Below, piece by piece: positions 25,441-36,168 of a stretch of 51,120 nucleotides of DNA. Source of the DNA: Candidatus Omnitrophota bacterium (GTDB taxonomy: Bacteria > Ratteibacteria > UBA8468 > MWAK01); NCBI GenBank assembly GCA_026387085.1, contig JAPLMK010000065.1, positions 1 to 51,120 on the forward strand, read 5' to 3'. The notes under the pieces are model-generated. The model worked only from the letters and a program-made list of their open reading frames with translations. It had not been told where the DNA came from and searched no databases. A program made the position numbers and the translations under genes. How positions within the stretch are numbered: position 1 is the first letter of the stretch; each line of letters begins with the position of its first letter.

Positions 25441-26862
25441 TTAGTTATTATTTAAATCATTTTTAAATTTCAACAACACGCGCTCCACCTCTTCCTTAAA
25501 GATAACATCTTTACTCATTTTATCCTCAACTTTTCGACAGGTGTAGAGGATAGTGGTGTGGTTTTTGCCGCCAAACCCCTCGCCGATTTGCGGCAACGAC
25601 GCGCCGGTTAGTTTGCGGGTTAAATAAATAGCAATTTGTCTTGGCAAGACCAATGATTGTTGGCGCCGGTCACCCTTTAATTCTGATATTTTAATATTAT
25701 AATAGCGGCTGACCCACTCCTGGATGGCGGTGATGTCAATTTTGGGTTTGTTGTTTTCGTTTTGAAATAAATCCTTTAAAATACTCTCGGTGAACACAAC
25801 ATCAACCACGTCTTTATTGTAGAGGCCGGCGCAGGCGATTAATTTGGTAAGGGCGCCCTCCAGCGAGCGCACATTACCTTCTATTTTTTCCGCCAAACAA
25901 AAAGCAACCTCTTTGGGCAGTGAAAAATTTTTCAGGCGCGCTTTATTTTCGATAATGGCAATTCTGGTTTCCAGGTCCGGTGGTTGAATGTCGACCACCA
26001 ACCCCCATTCAAAACGGGAAACCAGGCGGCGCTCAAGGTTTTTAAGTTCTTTGGGCGGCCGGTCGCTGGAAAGAACAACCTGTTTATGGTAGTCGTGGAG
26101 GGTGTTGAAGGTATGGAAAAACTCCCGCTGGGTCTCTTCTTTCCCGCCGATAAACTGGATATCGTCAATTAAAAGAAGGTCCAGGTCACGGAACCGGTTT
26201 CGAAAAGCGGCGGTGTTTTTGTTTAAAAGACTGTCGATAAACTCGTTCAAAAATTGCTCGCTAGAGAGATAGACGACGCGGAGGCCGGCTTGGGCTTTTG
26301 CGAAATTTCCAACCGCTTGCATCAGGTGGGTTTTGCCGACGCCTACCTGGCCGTAAATAAAGAGCGGGTTGTAAGCGGTTCCGGGGGATTGGGAAATAGA
26401 AAGGGCCGCGGCGTGCGCCAGCCGGTTGTTTTCGCCGATAATGAAACTGTCGAAAGTGTAAAGCGGGTTAAGGTTGTTTCCTGGTCCGGTCCGACGGGTT
26501 GAAGCGGAAGCGGCGGCGGGAATTTGGGGTTCGTTTTGTTGGGCCGAACCCGTCGCGTGAGAGGCGTCCTGTCCCGCCTTGCCGGCAGAATCTTTTGCTA
26601 TAAAAATTACCCGGTTCACAGCCGGGTTCAGAGATTGCAGCGCGGCGCTAATTTCAGACCCGTAGTGATTTTGCACCCAACTTGCCGAAAAAGAATCAGG
26701 CGCCTCCACCACCAGCGCGTCATCCTGCAAAGCGGAGGGTTTGAGCGGTTCCAGCCAGAGGTTGAAGTCGGCTTGACCTATCCGGCCTTTCACAAAATTG
26801 AGCGCTTCAATCCAGAGAGCGTCAGAATGGACCGGACCGTTGAAGTCTAAGGGTTTTTTCAT
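25441..26862 (-). CDS. dnaA: chromosomal replication initiator DnaA
   Basis: 473 aa. Walker A GQVGVGKTHL, LLLIDDIQF, sensor and box VII regions. C-terminal DNA-binding domain (PRQIAIYLTRKLTGASLPQIGEGFGGKNHTTILY). Confidence 0.95.
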   Translation of the reverse strand: MKKPLDFNGPVHSDALWIEALNFVKGRIGQADFNLWLEPLKPSALQDDALVVEAPDSFSASWVQNHYGSEISAALQSLNPAVNRVIFIAKDSAGKAGQDASHATGSAQQNEPQIPAAASASTRRTGPGNNLNPLYTFDSFIIGENNRLAHAAALSISQSPGTAYNPLFIYGQVGVGKTHLMQAVGNFAKAQAGLRVVYLSSEQFLNEFIDSLLNKNTAAFRNRFRDLDLLLIDDIQFIGGKEETQREFFHTFNTLHDYHKQVVLSSDRPPKELKNLERRLVSRFEWGLVVDIQPPDLETRIAIIENKARLKNFSLPKEVAFCLAEKIEGNVRSLEGALTKLIACAGLYNKDVVDVVFTESILKDLFQNENNKPKIDITAIQEWVSRYYNIKISELKGDRRQQSLVLPRQIAIYLTRKLTGASLPQIGEGFGGKNHTTILYTCRKVEDKMSKDVIFKEEVERVLLKFKNDLNNN

Positions 26863-26944
26863 AAATTACCAACCGGGAATTAAGTGGAAACTAACAGGTT
26901 TTGCACAGGGTGTTTTGGCGGTGTCGTTTTAGGGACAAGGTAAA

Positions 26945-26973
26945 ATTATAATCTTAAACAAAAAAGATGTCAA
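26945..26973 (-). promoter_or_regulatory. consensus sigma70 promoter upstream of dnaA
   Basis: On the minus strand: TTGACA (26973-26968), exactly 17 nt, TATAAT (26950-26945). It begins 2 nt after the secA stop. The predicted ~75-nt leader contains the DnaA-box-like site TTTTGCACA (26899-26907, plus strand). Confidence 0.6.
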
Positions 26974-26974
26974 A

Positions 26975-29726
<2,752 letters not shown>

Positions 29727-29746
<20 letters not shown>

Positions 29747-30503
29747 GGGTTTTTGTTTTCAAAAACAACGCGCAACTATTATTATACGTCTTTTCGGCGA
29801 CTTCTTCTATGTCTGTCTCTTTAATGTCCGCAATCGCTTTTGCCAGCAAAGGAAGATAGGCCGGTTCGTTTCGCTCTCCCCGCTTGCCTTCCGGCGGCAT
29901 AAACGGGCAGTCGGTCTCCAACAGGAGCCGTTCCAGCGGTATTGCGCGAACGACTTGTCTCAGCGCTTCGTTCTTCCGGTAGGTGATGTTGGCGGTAAAG
30001 GAGATAAAAAAACCCAAAACAAGAACTTTCTCCGCCAGTTTTACGTCACCGCTGAAACAATGCCAGACGCCTTTTACCGGGCCGGCTTGCTGCAAGGCGC
30101 CCAGGGTATCTTCAGCCGCGTCGCGGCTGTGAACGATGGTTGGCAAGCCCAGACCTTTAGCTATTTCCAGAAAATTTCGGAAGGCCGTGATTTGCCGGGA
30201 ACGGTCCACCGGGCAGGTATAGTCAAGGCCGATTTCACCGACGGCAACTATCCGGTCGTCCGGCAACAATTCCTTGATTCCGGGGAGCGCCGGGATGTCC
30301 GTTTCTATTTCGGACGGATGGAGGCCCAGCGCAGCCCAAAGGTGATGCTCTGAGGCAACCAGGACCGCTTGCCGGTTGCTTTCGGCATCAGTTCCAACCA
30401 CCAGAATATCCGAGACCTTATTCTGTTTTGCCCGCTCTACAACCGAAGGAAGGTCGGTTTCAAACTGGGGGAAATTAAGGTGGCTGTGCGTGTCAAAAAA
30501 CAT
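29727..30503 (-). CDS. TatD-family metal-dependent hydrolase/DNase
   Basis: 258 aa. MFFDTHSHLNF, GEIGLDY, VHSRDA, WHCFSG, ETDCPF. It overlaps the secA start by 20 nt. Confidence 0.85.
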
Positions 30504-30528
30504 GGTACTTCCAACCGTGAAACATCAG

Positions 30529-30601
30529 TGCCGGGACCCAGAGTTGAACTGGGGACGCAAGGATTTTCAGTCCTTCGCTCTACCGCCTGAGCTACCCCGG
30601 C
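30529..30601 (-). tRNA. tRNA-Phe (anticodon GAA)
   Basis: The reverse complement is GCCGGGGTAGCTCAGGCGGTAGAGCGAAGGACTGAAAATCCTTGCGTCCCCAGTTCAACTCTGGGTCCCGGCA. Anticodon arm AAGGA-CTGAAAA-TCCTT. 73 nt; CCA is not encoded. Coordinates were cross-checked against the frame of ORF 30437..30706. Confidence 0.9.
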
Positions 30602-30712
30602 GAAAAAGAACAACAATAAACAGGATGCTGGTTTTGGCAGAATGCCGCGCGACAATCCGCGGCTGCTTTTGCAGCGTTTCTGTCCCCGAAAGGACAATTG
30701 CCGCACGCTTAA

Positions 30713-30741
30713 ATTATAACCTTTTGTTTTTAAATGGGCAA
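30713..30741 (-). promoter_or_regulatory. candidate promoter ~105 nt upstream of tRNA-Phe
   Basis: On the minus strand: TTGCCC (30741-30736), 17 nt, TATAAT (30718-30713). Confidence 0.4.
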
Positions 30742-30827
30742 ATGCCCTAAAGCGCGGCAGTCATCTTTTTGAACGCGGGACGTATAATTTTAAGCGCTTT
30801 TTCTTTTTCGGGGATAATTATTTTAAA

Positions 30828-30857
30828 TTGTTAATTAAGAAATTTTTCTGTTATAAT
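30828..30857 (+). promoter_or_regulatory. candidate extended -10 promoter for the GGDEF gene
   Basis: TTGTTA (30828-30833), 18 nt, TGtTATAAT (30849-30857). The ATG is at 30867 with no Shine-Dalgarno. The perfect palindrome TGTTAT-aatg-ATAACA (30849-30864) overlaps the -10. Confidence 0.45.
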
Positions 30858-30866
30858 GATAACAGA

Positions 30867-32072
30867 ATGAAAAGACAGGCCAAAAACATAATTACCAATT
30901 ATCCGATTGTTGCCCTGACGTTAATCCTCTCCGTCTCTTCCGTCTTCTGCGCCGTCAAGGCAGGTCTGGCAGTTGTGGCGGCGTTAGTTGTTTTCCTTGC
31001 CGGGCTGCTCTTTTTCATTGACAAACGACAAAAAGGTAAACTGGTAACTTCCCAAAAGTTATATGACGGCCTGCTCTCGGCTAATGAAGTTGCCCAGTCC
31101 TTTGCGCTTGCCACTGAATCTGAAGACACGCTGGAAATAATCCTGCTCGGCTTGAAAGAAATCCTGCCTGCTTCTAAAAGAATCCTGCTCTTTTGGGTTA
31201 AACAGGAAGGCGGGAAAAAAAGAATTGAGGGTCGGGCTGCCTTCGGAATGGAATTATCGGAAATCAGGGGATTTTCCTTTCCGCTGCACGAAGCGTTCGG
31301 GGTTATTCCGAAGGTAGCGGTAACCCAGCAGAGCTTTGAAACTCTGAACGCCCGGAACGATTACCGTTGCGACCGGGAGTTTGTAGAAAGGGCGCGGTTG
31401 TCTGCTTTTCTGGCGATTCCGGTGACCGTTGCCCAAAACACCTTGGGCGTAATCCTGTTGGAAACCAGCGGGAAAAATTTTCACGGCGCCGGTGAAATTG
31501 AAACCCTCTCTTTTTTTGCCAACCAGGTCGGAATCGCCCTGGAAAACGTCCGGCTGTACAGGGAAGTGGAAACCCTGTCGGTTACGGACGGTTTAACCGG
31601 GCTTTATAATCACCGCCATTTTCAAAAGATTCTCCTGGAAGAATTGAGCCGGAGCGTCCGGTACAAACACCCCCTTTCTCTTTTGATGGTTGATGTTGAT
31701 TATTTTAAAGATTACAACGACACTTATGGGCATCCGGCGGGGGACGCGCTCCTGGTCGCTGCCGCTCAAATAATCCGGAGAAACATCAGGAACACCGACG
31801 CCGCCGCCCGGTACGGCGGAGACGAGTTTTGCGTTGTCTTAACCGAGACGGATAAGGAGGCCGCGTTTATGAAGGCGGGAAAGATCTGCCGGGAAATGGA
31901 GGCCTGCCGCCTGCCCGACAACCAGAAACAACCCGGCAAAAATCCGAGCTTTTCCATCGGTGTTGCCGCTTTTCCGGCTGATGCCGGCGATCGGGAAAAA
32001 TTGCTTAAAAAAGTTGACGAGGCCCTTTACCGTTCTAAGAAAGAAGGCCGGAACCGGGCATCCCGCGCCTGA
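30867..32072 (+). CDS. membrane-anchored GAF-GGDEF diguanylate cyclase
   Basis: The start is taken at ATG 30867 (the ORF-track TTG at 30828 coincides with the promoter). Two N-terminal hydrophobic helices and a GAF-like middle. The GGDEF domain has DYFKDYNDTYGHPAGD and RYGGDEF; an RxxD I-site (RNTD) lies 5 residues upstream of GGDEF. Confidence 0.85.
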   Translation: MKRQAKNIITNYPIVALTLILSVSSVFCAVKAGLAVVAALVVFLAGLLFFIDKRQKGKLVTSQKLYDGLLSANEVAQSFALATESEDTLEIILLGLKEILPASKRILLFWVKQEGGKKRIEGRAAFGMELSEIRGFSFPLHEAFGVIPKVAVTQQSFETLNARNDYRCDREFVERARLSAFLAIPVTVAQNTLGVILLETSGKNFHGAGEIETLSFFANQVGIALENVRLYREVETLSVTDGLTGLYNHRHFQKILLEELSRSVRYKHPLSLLMVDVDYFKDYNDTYGHPAGDALLVAAAQIIRRNIRNTDAAARYGGDEFCVVLTETDKEAAFMKAGKICREMEACRLPDNQKQPGKNPSFSIGVAAFPADAGDREKLLKKVDEALYRSKKEGRNRASRA

Positions 32073-32075
32073 GGG

Positions 32076-32109
32076 CCGGTTTTAATAAAGCATAAATTAA
32101 AACCGGTTT
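32076..32109 (+). terminator. rho-independent terminator after the GGDEF gene
   Basis: 11-bp stem CCGGTTTTAAT (32076-32086) / ATTAAAACCGG (32096-32106), 9-nt loop, followed by TTT. Confidence 0.6.
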
Positions 32110-32143
32110 CCGGATAGCGCCGGGGTTGGGATATAATAAAAAA

Positions 32144-33028
32144 ATGGACCAGTTCAGCTTCAAGGAAATTGAGGACCTGCCGGTCTTAGGCCGTTTTCGG
32201 AAAGCCCTGCACGTTCTAACCGGCCTGCCTTTTGACTTCGTAGACACGCGGGGCCGTTCTTCTTCACAACTGAAACCGCTGGAAGCGTATACGCCATTTT
32301 GCCGGTTAATCAGCCAAAGCGTTTCCGGGCGCATCGCCTGTAAAAAATGCGACCTGGGGGCAATCAAAAGATGCGTAGAGACAAAAAAACCGTTAGCCTA
32401 TGTTTGCCACTTGGGGCTAACCGATATTGCGGTGCCGCTGGTTATTCGCGGCGAAGTGGTCGGAGTTCTCTGTTCCGGACAGTTTCTTTCTTTTCAACCG
32501 GCGGAAAAAGAGTTCCAAAAAATAACAAACCGGTTAATCAAGCTGGGTGTTAATCTCAGTAAAGCAGAGAAGTGTTACGGCGCTATTCCCGCGGTAAAAA
32601 AAGAGCGGGCGGAAACGATCATTGACCTTATCGCCATCGTCACCGAGTATATCATCGAAGCGGAGAGAAAAATATTTAACCTGACAGACGTCTTACACAA
32701 AGACAAAATAAGGCAGGCCCAGGAATTTATTTTCAGGCACTATAAGGAGAAAATTTCTTTAAAGGAAACAGCGGATGCGGTCCATTTAAGCCCCTTTAGG
32801 CTGGCGCATCTTTTTCAAGAGAAGCGGCGCACTTCATTTACACGCTACCTTAACAGTTTGAGGATTGAGGAATCAAAACTGCTTCTTTCCGGCACCAACC
32901 TTAAGGTCGTTGAAGTTGCCGTCCGGTCGGGTTTTAGCAGTCTCAGTTACTTTAACCGCTTCTTCCGAAACGAAGCGGGTCTTTCCCCGCGCGAATACCG
33001 CAAACAGCAAACCAGTATCAGAATTTAG
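32144..33028 (+). CDS. AraC-family transcriptional regulator with N-terminal PocR sensor domain
   Basis: The start is taken at ATG 32144 (MDQFSFKE). PocR-like region with Cys residues (FCRLI, CKKCD, CHLGLTDIAVPLVIRGEVVGVLCSGQF). C-terminal AraC double HTH (ISLKETADAVHLSPFRLAHLF ... VVEVAVRSGFSSLSYFNRFF). Confidence 0.8.
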   Translation: MDQFSFKEIEDLPVLGRFRKALHVLTGLPFDFVDTRGRSSSQLKPLEAYTPFCRLISQSVSGRIACKKCDLGAIKRCVETKKPLAYVCHLGLTDIAVPLVIRGEVVGVLCSGQFLSFQPAEKEFQKITNRLIKLGVNLSKAEKCYGAIPAVKKERAETIIDLIAIVTEYIIEAERKIFNLTDVLHKDKIRQAQEFIFRHYKEKISLKETADAVHLSPFRLAHLFQEKRRTSFTRYLNSLRIEESKLLLSGTNLKVVEVAVRSGFSSLSYFNRFFRNEAGLSPREYRKQQTSIRI

Positions 33029-33089
33029 CATCCTAGAGGTAGACGTTCCTTCTTCTTTCGTTTTATACTCTAACCAACGGGAGGAATTT

Positions 33090-33776
33090 ATGTTAAAAGT
33101 ACTGTCTTTGTGCGGACATTTAGATGACAGCGTCATCGCTATCGGCGGAACGATACGAAAAATAGTCAATGCCGGCGGAGAGGTGAGCATCGTCTGCTTC
33201 GGAAACGGCAGCGAAGGATACTCGGACCTGAAAGACAAGGAAACGATTGTAGAATCGTTTACCAGGGAAACCCGGATAAGCAACGAGGTGCTCGGGGTAA
33301 AAAATTTTGAATGCCTGGGTTACGGCGATTTTGACGTCTTGGCAAATGGTGAAACATACAAACTGGCGATAAAAGCCATCAGGAAATATAAGCCGGATAT
33401 TATCTTCACCCATTACTGGAAGGAGTACTTCCAGCATCGGAATACCGCCCGGGTGGTAACGGATGCCTGGTGGCAGGCAGAGTGGAAAGCATCGCTGGCC
33501 CTGGGAGAACCCTGGAAAGCCAAAAAACTCTATTATTTTGAGGTAATTCATCTTTTGAACCAGCCCACGCACATCATCGACATTACGGACACGTTTGAAA
33601 TAAAGATTAAGGCCTGGAAAACATTTGCCTGTCAGCAGGAATCCCTGGACCAGCTTGCGGAACAGTTGGAAGCGCGGGCAAGATTCTACGGAAGCTTAAT
33701 CGGCGTAAAATACGGGGAAGCGCTCAAGTTGTCCGACTATATTCCCCAGGCAATTACGAAAATAGAGGAGCTCTAA
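33090..33776 (+). CDS. PIG-L / LmbE-family N-acetylglucosaminyl deacetylase
   Basis: ATG 33090 is preceded by GGGAGGA. VLSLCGHLDDSVIAIGGTIRKIVNAGGEVSIVCFGNGSEG matches the HxDD metal motif and fold start. HYWKEYFQH gives further His ligands. Confidence 0.75.
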   Translation: MLKVLSLCGHLDDSVIAIGGTIRKIVNAGGEVSIVCFGNGSEGYSDLKDKETIVESFTRETRISNEVLGVKNFECLGYGDFDVLANGETYKLAIKAIRKYKPDIIFTHYWKEYFQHRNTARVVTDAWWQAEWKASLALGEPWKAKKLYYFEVIHLLNQPTHIIDITDTFEIKIKAWKTFACQQESLDQLAEQLEARARFYGSLIGVKYGEALKLSDYIPQAITKIEEL

Positions 33777-33778
33777 AA

Positions 33779-34651
33779 ATGAATCCGGTTAAATTTGCCT
33801 TTACCGTGGATGACGTCGCGCTTAAAGATTTCTCCAGCGTGGAAGGTTTTCTGGAACTGCTGGACTTCCTAAAAAACCAGCAGATACCGGGGACTTTTTT
33901 CGTGGTGCCGTTTAATCAGGATATACCGTTATTTGAAAGGCCGGACTGGGTTGCGGCGCTGAAGAAAGCGTTGTCTGAGGGTCACGAACTTCAACTTCAC
34001 GGTTTGCGGCACGAGGCTTTCGAGTGGGGAATCCCGCCTGATTTTATTATGGCTTACGAACACCGGGAACGCGAACGGCTGGAACGGGAACGGGAAGCGA
34101 TTGAAGGGGCGTTTACGGTAACCGCCTTTAAAGAAAAACTGGCTCAAGGTATAGCAATATTTACCCGGGTTCTTGGTTACCGTCCGACCGGTTTTCGCTC
34201 GCCCTATGCGTCACTTCACCCCAACCTATTCCAGGCCCTGGCCGAATGCGGGTTTAGCTACGACTCATCCCTGATTGTTAATCCAAAGGGCTGGAGATAC
34301 ATCATGAAGGATTACACCCCGGGTATTACCTGGAATAAAGATGTTTTGCCCCGGCCCTGGGAATACCGGCCTGGCCTGGTTGAAATACCCATCATGGCCG
34401 AGTATGCCTGGTTTTTAAAAGAAGCGGATGTAGAAAAGCAGTATCAGTTGATAAAGGAAGACCTGGACAAAATAAGTGAATCCGGCGGAACAATGGTTCC
34501 CGTCTGCCACGTGGGTCCGATAACCGGGGTCAACCGCGCCGGCCTGAAGGTTTACGAAAGATTGTTAGATTACGCCCGGCAGAAAGGAAACGTTCTTTTT
34601 TGTACCCTGAGCGACTGTCTTGAAAACAAAACAGATCTTAACGGAAGTTGA
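33779..34651 (+). CDS. polysaccharide-deacetylase-fold protein (CE4 / DUF2334-like)
   Basis: 290 aa. FAFTVDDV (Asp pair), GTFFVVP, ELQLHGLRHE (His pair), FRSPY. It starts 3 nt after the PIG-L stop. Confidence 0.55.
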   Translation: MNPVKFAFTVDDVALKDFSSVEGFLELLDFLKNQQIPGTFFVVPFNQDIPLFERPDWVAALKKALSEGHELQLHGLRHEAFEWGIPPDFIMAYEHRERERLEREREAIEGAFTVTAFKEKLAQGIAIFTRVLGYRPTGFRSPYASLHPNLFQALAECGFSYDSSLIVNPKGWRYIMKDYTPGITWNKDVLPRPWEYRPGLVEIPIMAEYAWFLKEADVEKQYQLIKEDLDKISESGGTMVPVCHVGPITGVNRAGLKVYERLLDYARQKGNVLFCTLSDCLENKTDLNGS

Positions 34652-34740
34652 CAGCAGTGATACCGAAAAACAACCTGAAGCAAATGAAATTATGCGAAAA
34701 GCGTTTGACTACCGTGTCTGAAAAAAAGAGGAGATGTTCT

Positions 34741-36153
34741 ATGGGAAACCTTAAAGAACGGATGCCCAGGCCCAGGATCGGTCTTTTGCCCACTGGCCAT
34801 TTTTATTACTGGGAACAGTTCCCGAAGCTGCGAAAGATGGGGTCGGCGATGTACGATAAGCTAAGAAAACACCTGGAGGAAATCGGCGATGTAATTGCCC
34901 CTGATTTGGTAGATACGGTTGAAAAATCAACCCGGGCCGGCGAGTTTTTCCGGAATAAAGATATTGATATTCTGCTCATCTTTCCTTTCGGGTACACGCC
35001 CAGCATGTGCATTGTCCCGGCTGTAAAAAACCTGGATGTGCCGATTCGTTTAATCAACGCCCACGAAAACAGTTCCTATGACTACAAAAAGGCCGACACC
35101 ACTACTTACCTGCATCATGAAGGGGTTTGCTGCATTCCGGAATATTCCGGCGCGCTGGTAAACATCAACCGGAAATTCCGGGTGCGCACCGGGCATTTCG
35201 GCGCAGAACGATTCTGGGAAGAAATTAGGGCTGATTGCCTGGGAGCCGCGGCCGCCCGGGTCTTCCGCGCCATGAACGTCGGCCTCATCGGGGAAATATA
35301 TACCAATATGTGTGATATGCCGATAGACGAACACCGGCTCCTGCGGGCTACCGGCAAACTTCTCATCCGGCCGGAGGTAGAAGAGATAGAAGAGGCATAC
35401 CACCGCGCGACAAAATCAAAGGTAGAGGATATGTGTTGCCAGCTCCGCCAGATGTACGAAGTGGATAAGACGGTAACCGACCAACACCTGAAATTTTCCG
35501 CCCAGCTTGCCGTGGCCTACGAAGAGGTCATCCTGAAACACGACATCTCCGCTTTCGGGTTTTACTGGTGGGGCGAAAAAGAGTTACTGACGCAGATGCG
35601 GTCCCAGGCCGCTTTGGCGGTTTCCCGCTTGACTGTTTTAGGCCGGCCCGGGGTTACCGAAGGCGACGTAAAGACCGCCTTGGCGATGAAGATACTTGAC
35701 CTTTTAGGCGCCGGCGGCATGTTTTTGGAATTTTTCTCCATGGATTTTGACGAAGATTTTCTGATGATGGGGCACGACGGTCCCAGCAATATCAATGTTG
35801 CGGCCGGCCGGCCCAAACTTCAACACCTGGAAATTCATCACGGAAAATCAGGCCATGGGCTGGGCATAGATTTTAAGATGCGGAACGGTCCGGTAACCCT
35901 TTTAAACCTTACCCAGTTTGATGCCGGCGACACCTTTAAACTAATCTATACGGTTGGCGAGGTTATTCCGGGAGACATTCTGAATATCGGGAATCCCAAC
36001 TGCCGGGTCCGGGTAAAGCGACCGCTGCCGGAATTCTTTGACGCCTGGTGCCAGCAGGGGCCGGGGCACCACCTGGCGCTTGGAGTCGGCGACCACAGCG
36101 CGGAGATTGAATCTTTTGCCGAAAGCATGAAGTTCCGCTGCGTCAGGATATGA
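34741..36153 (+). CDS. L-arabinose/L-fucose isomerase-family protein
   Basis: ATG 34741 is preceded by AGAGGAG. N-terminal IGLLPTGHFYYWEQF. The catalytic region VTEGDVKTALAMKIL...GGMFLEFFSMDF...MMGHDGPSN parallels the AraA EGDWKT / FMEDY / GxHMLE blocks. Confidence 0.7.
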   Translation: MGNLKERMPRPRIGLLPTGHFYYWEQFPKLRKMGSAMYDKLRKHLEEIGDVIAPDLVDTVEKSTRAGEFFRNKDIDILLIFPFGYTPSMCIVPAVKNLDVPIRLINAHENSSYDYKKADTTTYLHHEGVCCIPEYSGALVNINRKFRVRTGHFGAERFWEEIRADCLGAAAARVFRAMNVGLIGEIYTNMCDMPIDEHRLLRATGKLLIRPEVEEIEEAYHRATKSKVEDMCCQLRQMYEVDKTVTDQHLKFSAQLAVAYEEVILKHDISAFGFYWWGEKELLTQMRSQAALAVSRLTVLGRPGVTEGDVKTALAMKILDLLGAGGMFLEFFSMDFDEDFLMMGHDGPSNINVAAGRPKLQHLEIHHGKSGHGLGIDFKMRNGPVTLLNLTQFDAGDTFKLIYTVGEVIPGDILNIGNPNCRVRVKRPLPEFFDAWCQQGPGHHLALGVGDHSAEIESFAESMKFRCVRI

Positions 36154-36168
36154 CAGGAGGCCGATAAC

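Noticed and set aside
30437-30706. 89-aa ORF (and ORF 30376..30750 on the other strand) spanning tRNA-Phe.
   Set aside because: Both run straight through a well-folded tRNA gene and its structured leader, and neither shows protein-like features.
30602-30712. The structured segment upstream of tRNA-Phe might be a known housekeeping RNA (SRP/4.5S, 6S, RNase P RNA).
   Set aside because: It is too short for 6S or RNase P RNA. It also lacks the conserved SRP domain IV features (GGAA tetraloop with flanking symmetric and asymmetric loops). Only an AGCAGCC string resembles SRP RNA, which is not enough. It is kept only as an unassigned structured leader.
30603-30866. An alternative origin location at the strand-switch point, where genes to the left are mostly on the minus strand and genes to the right on the plus strand.
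   Set aside because: Only one weak DnaA-box-like site was seen (CGGGGATAA, 30809-30817, 7/9). There is no extended AT-rich unwinding segment comparable to 25321-25370. The dnaA-dnaN spacer is the better candidate, and GC skew on the whole contig would settle it.
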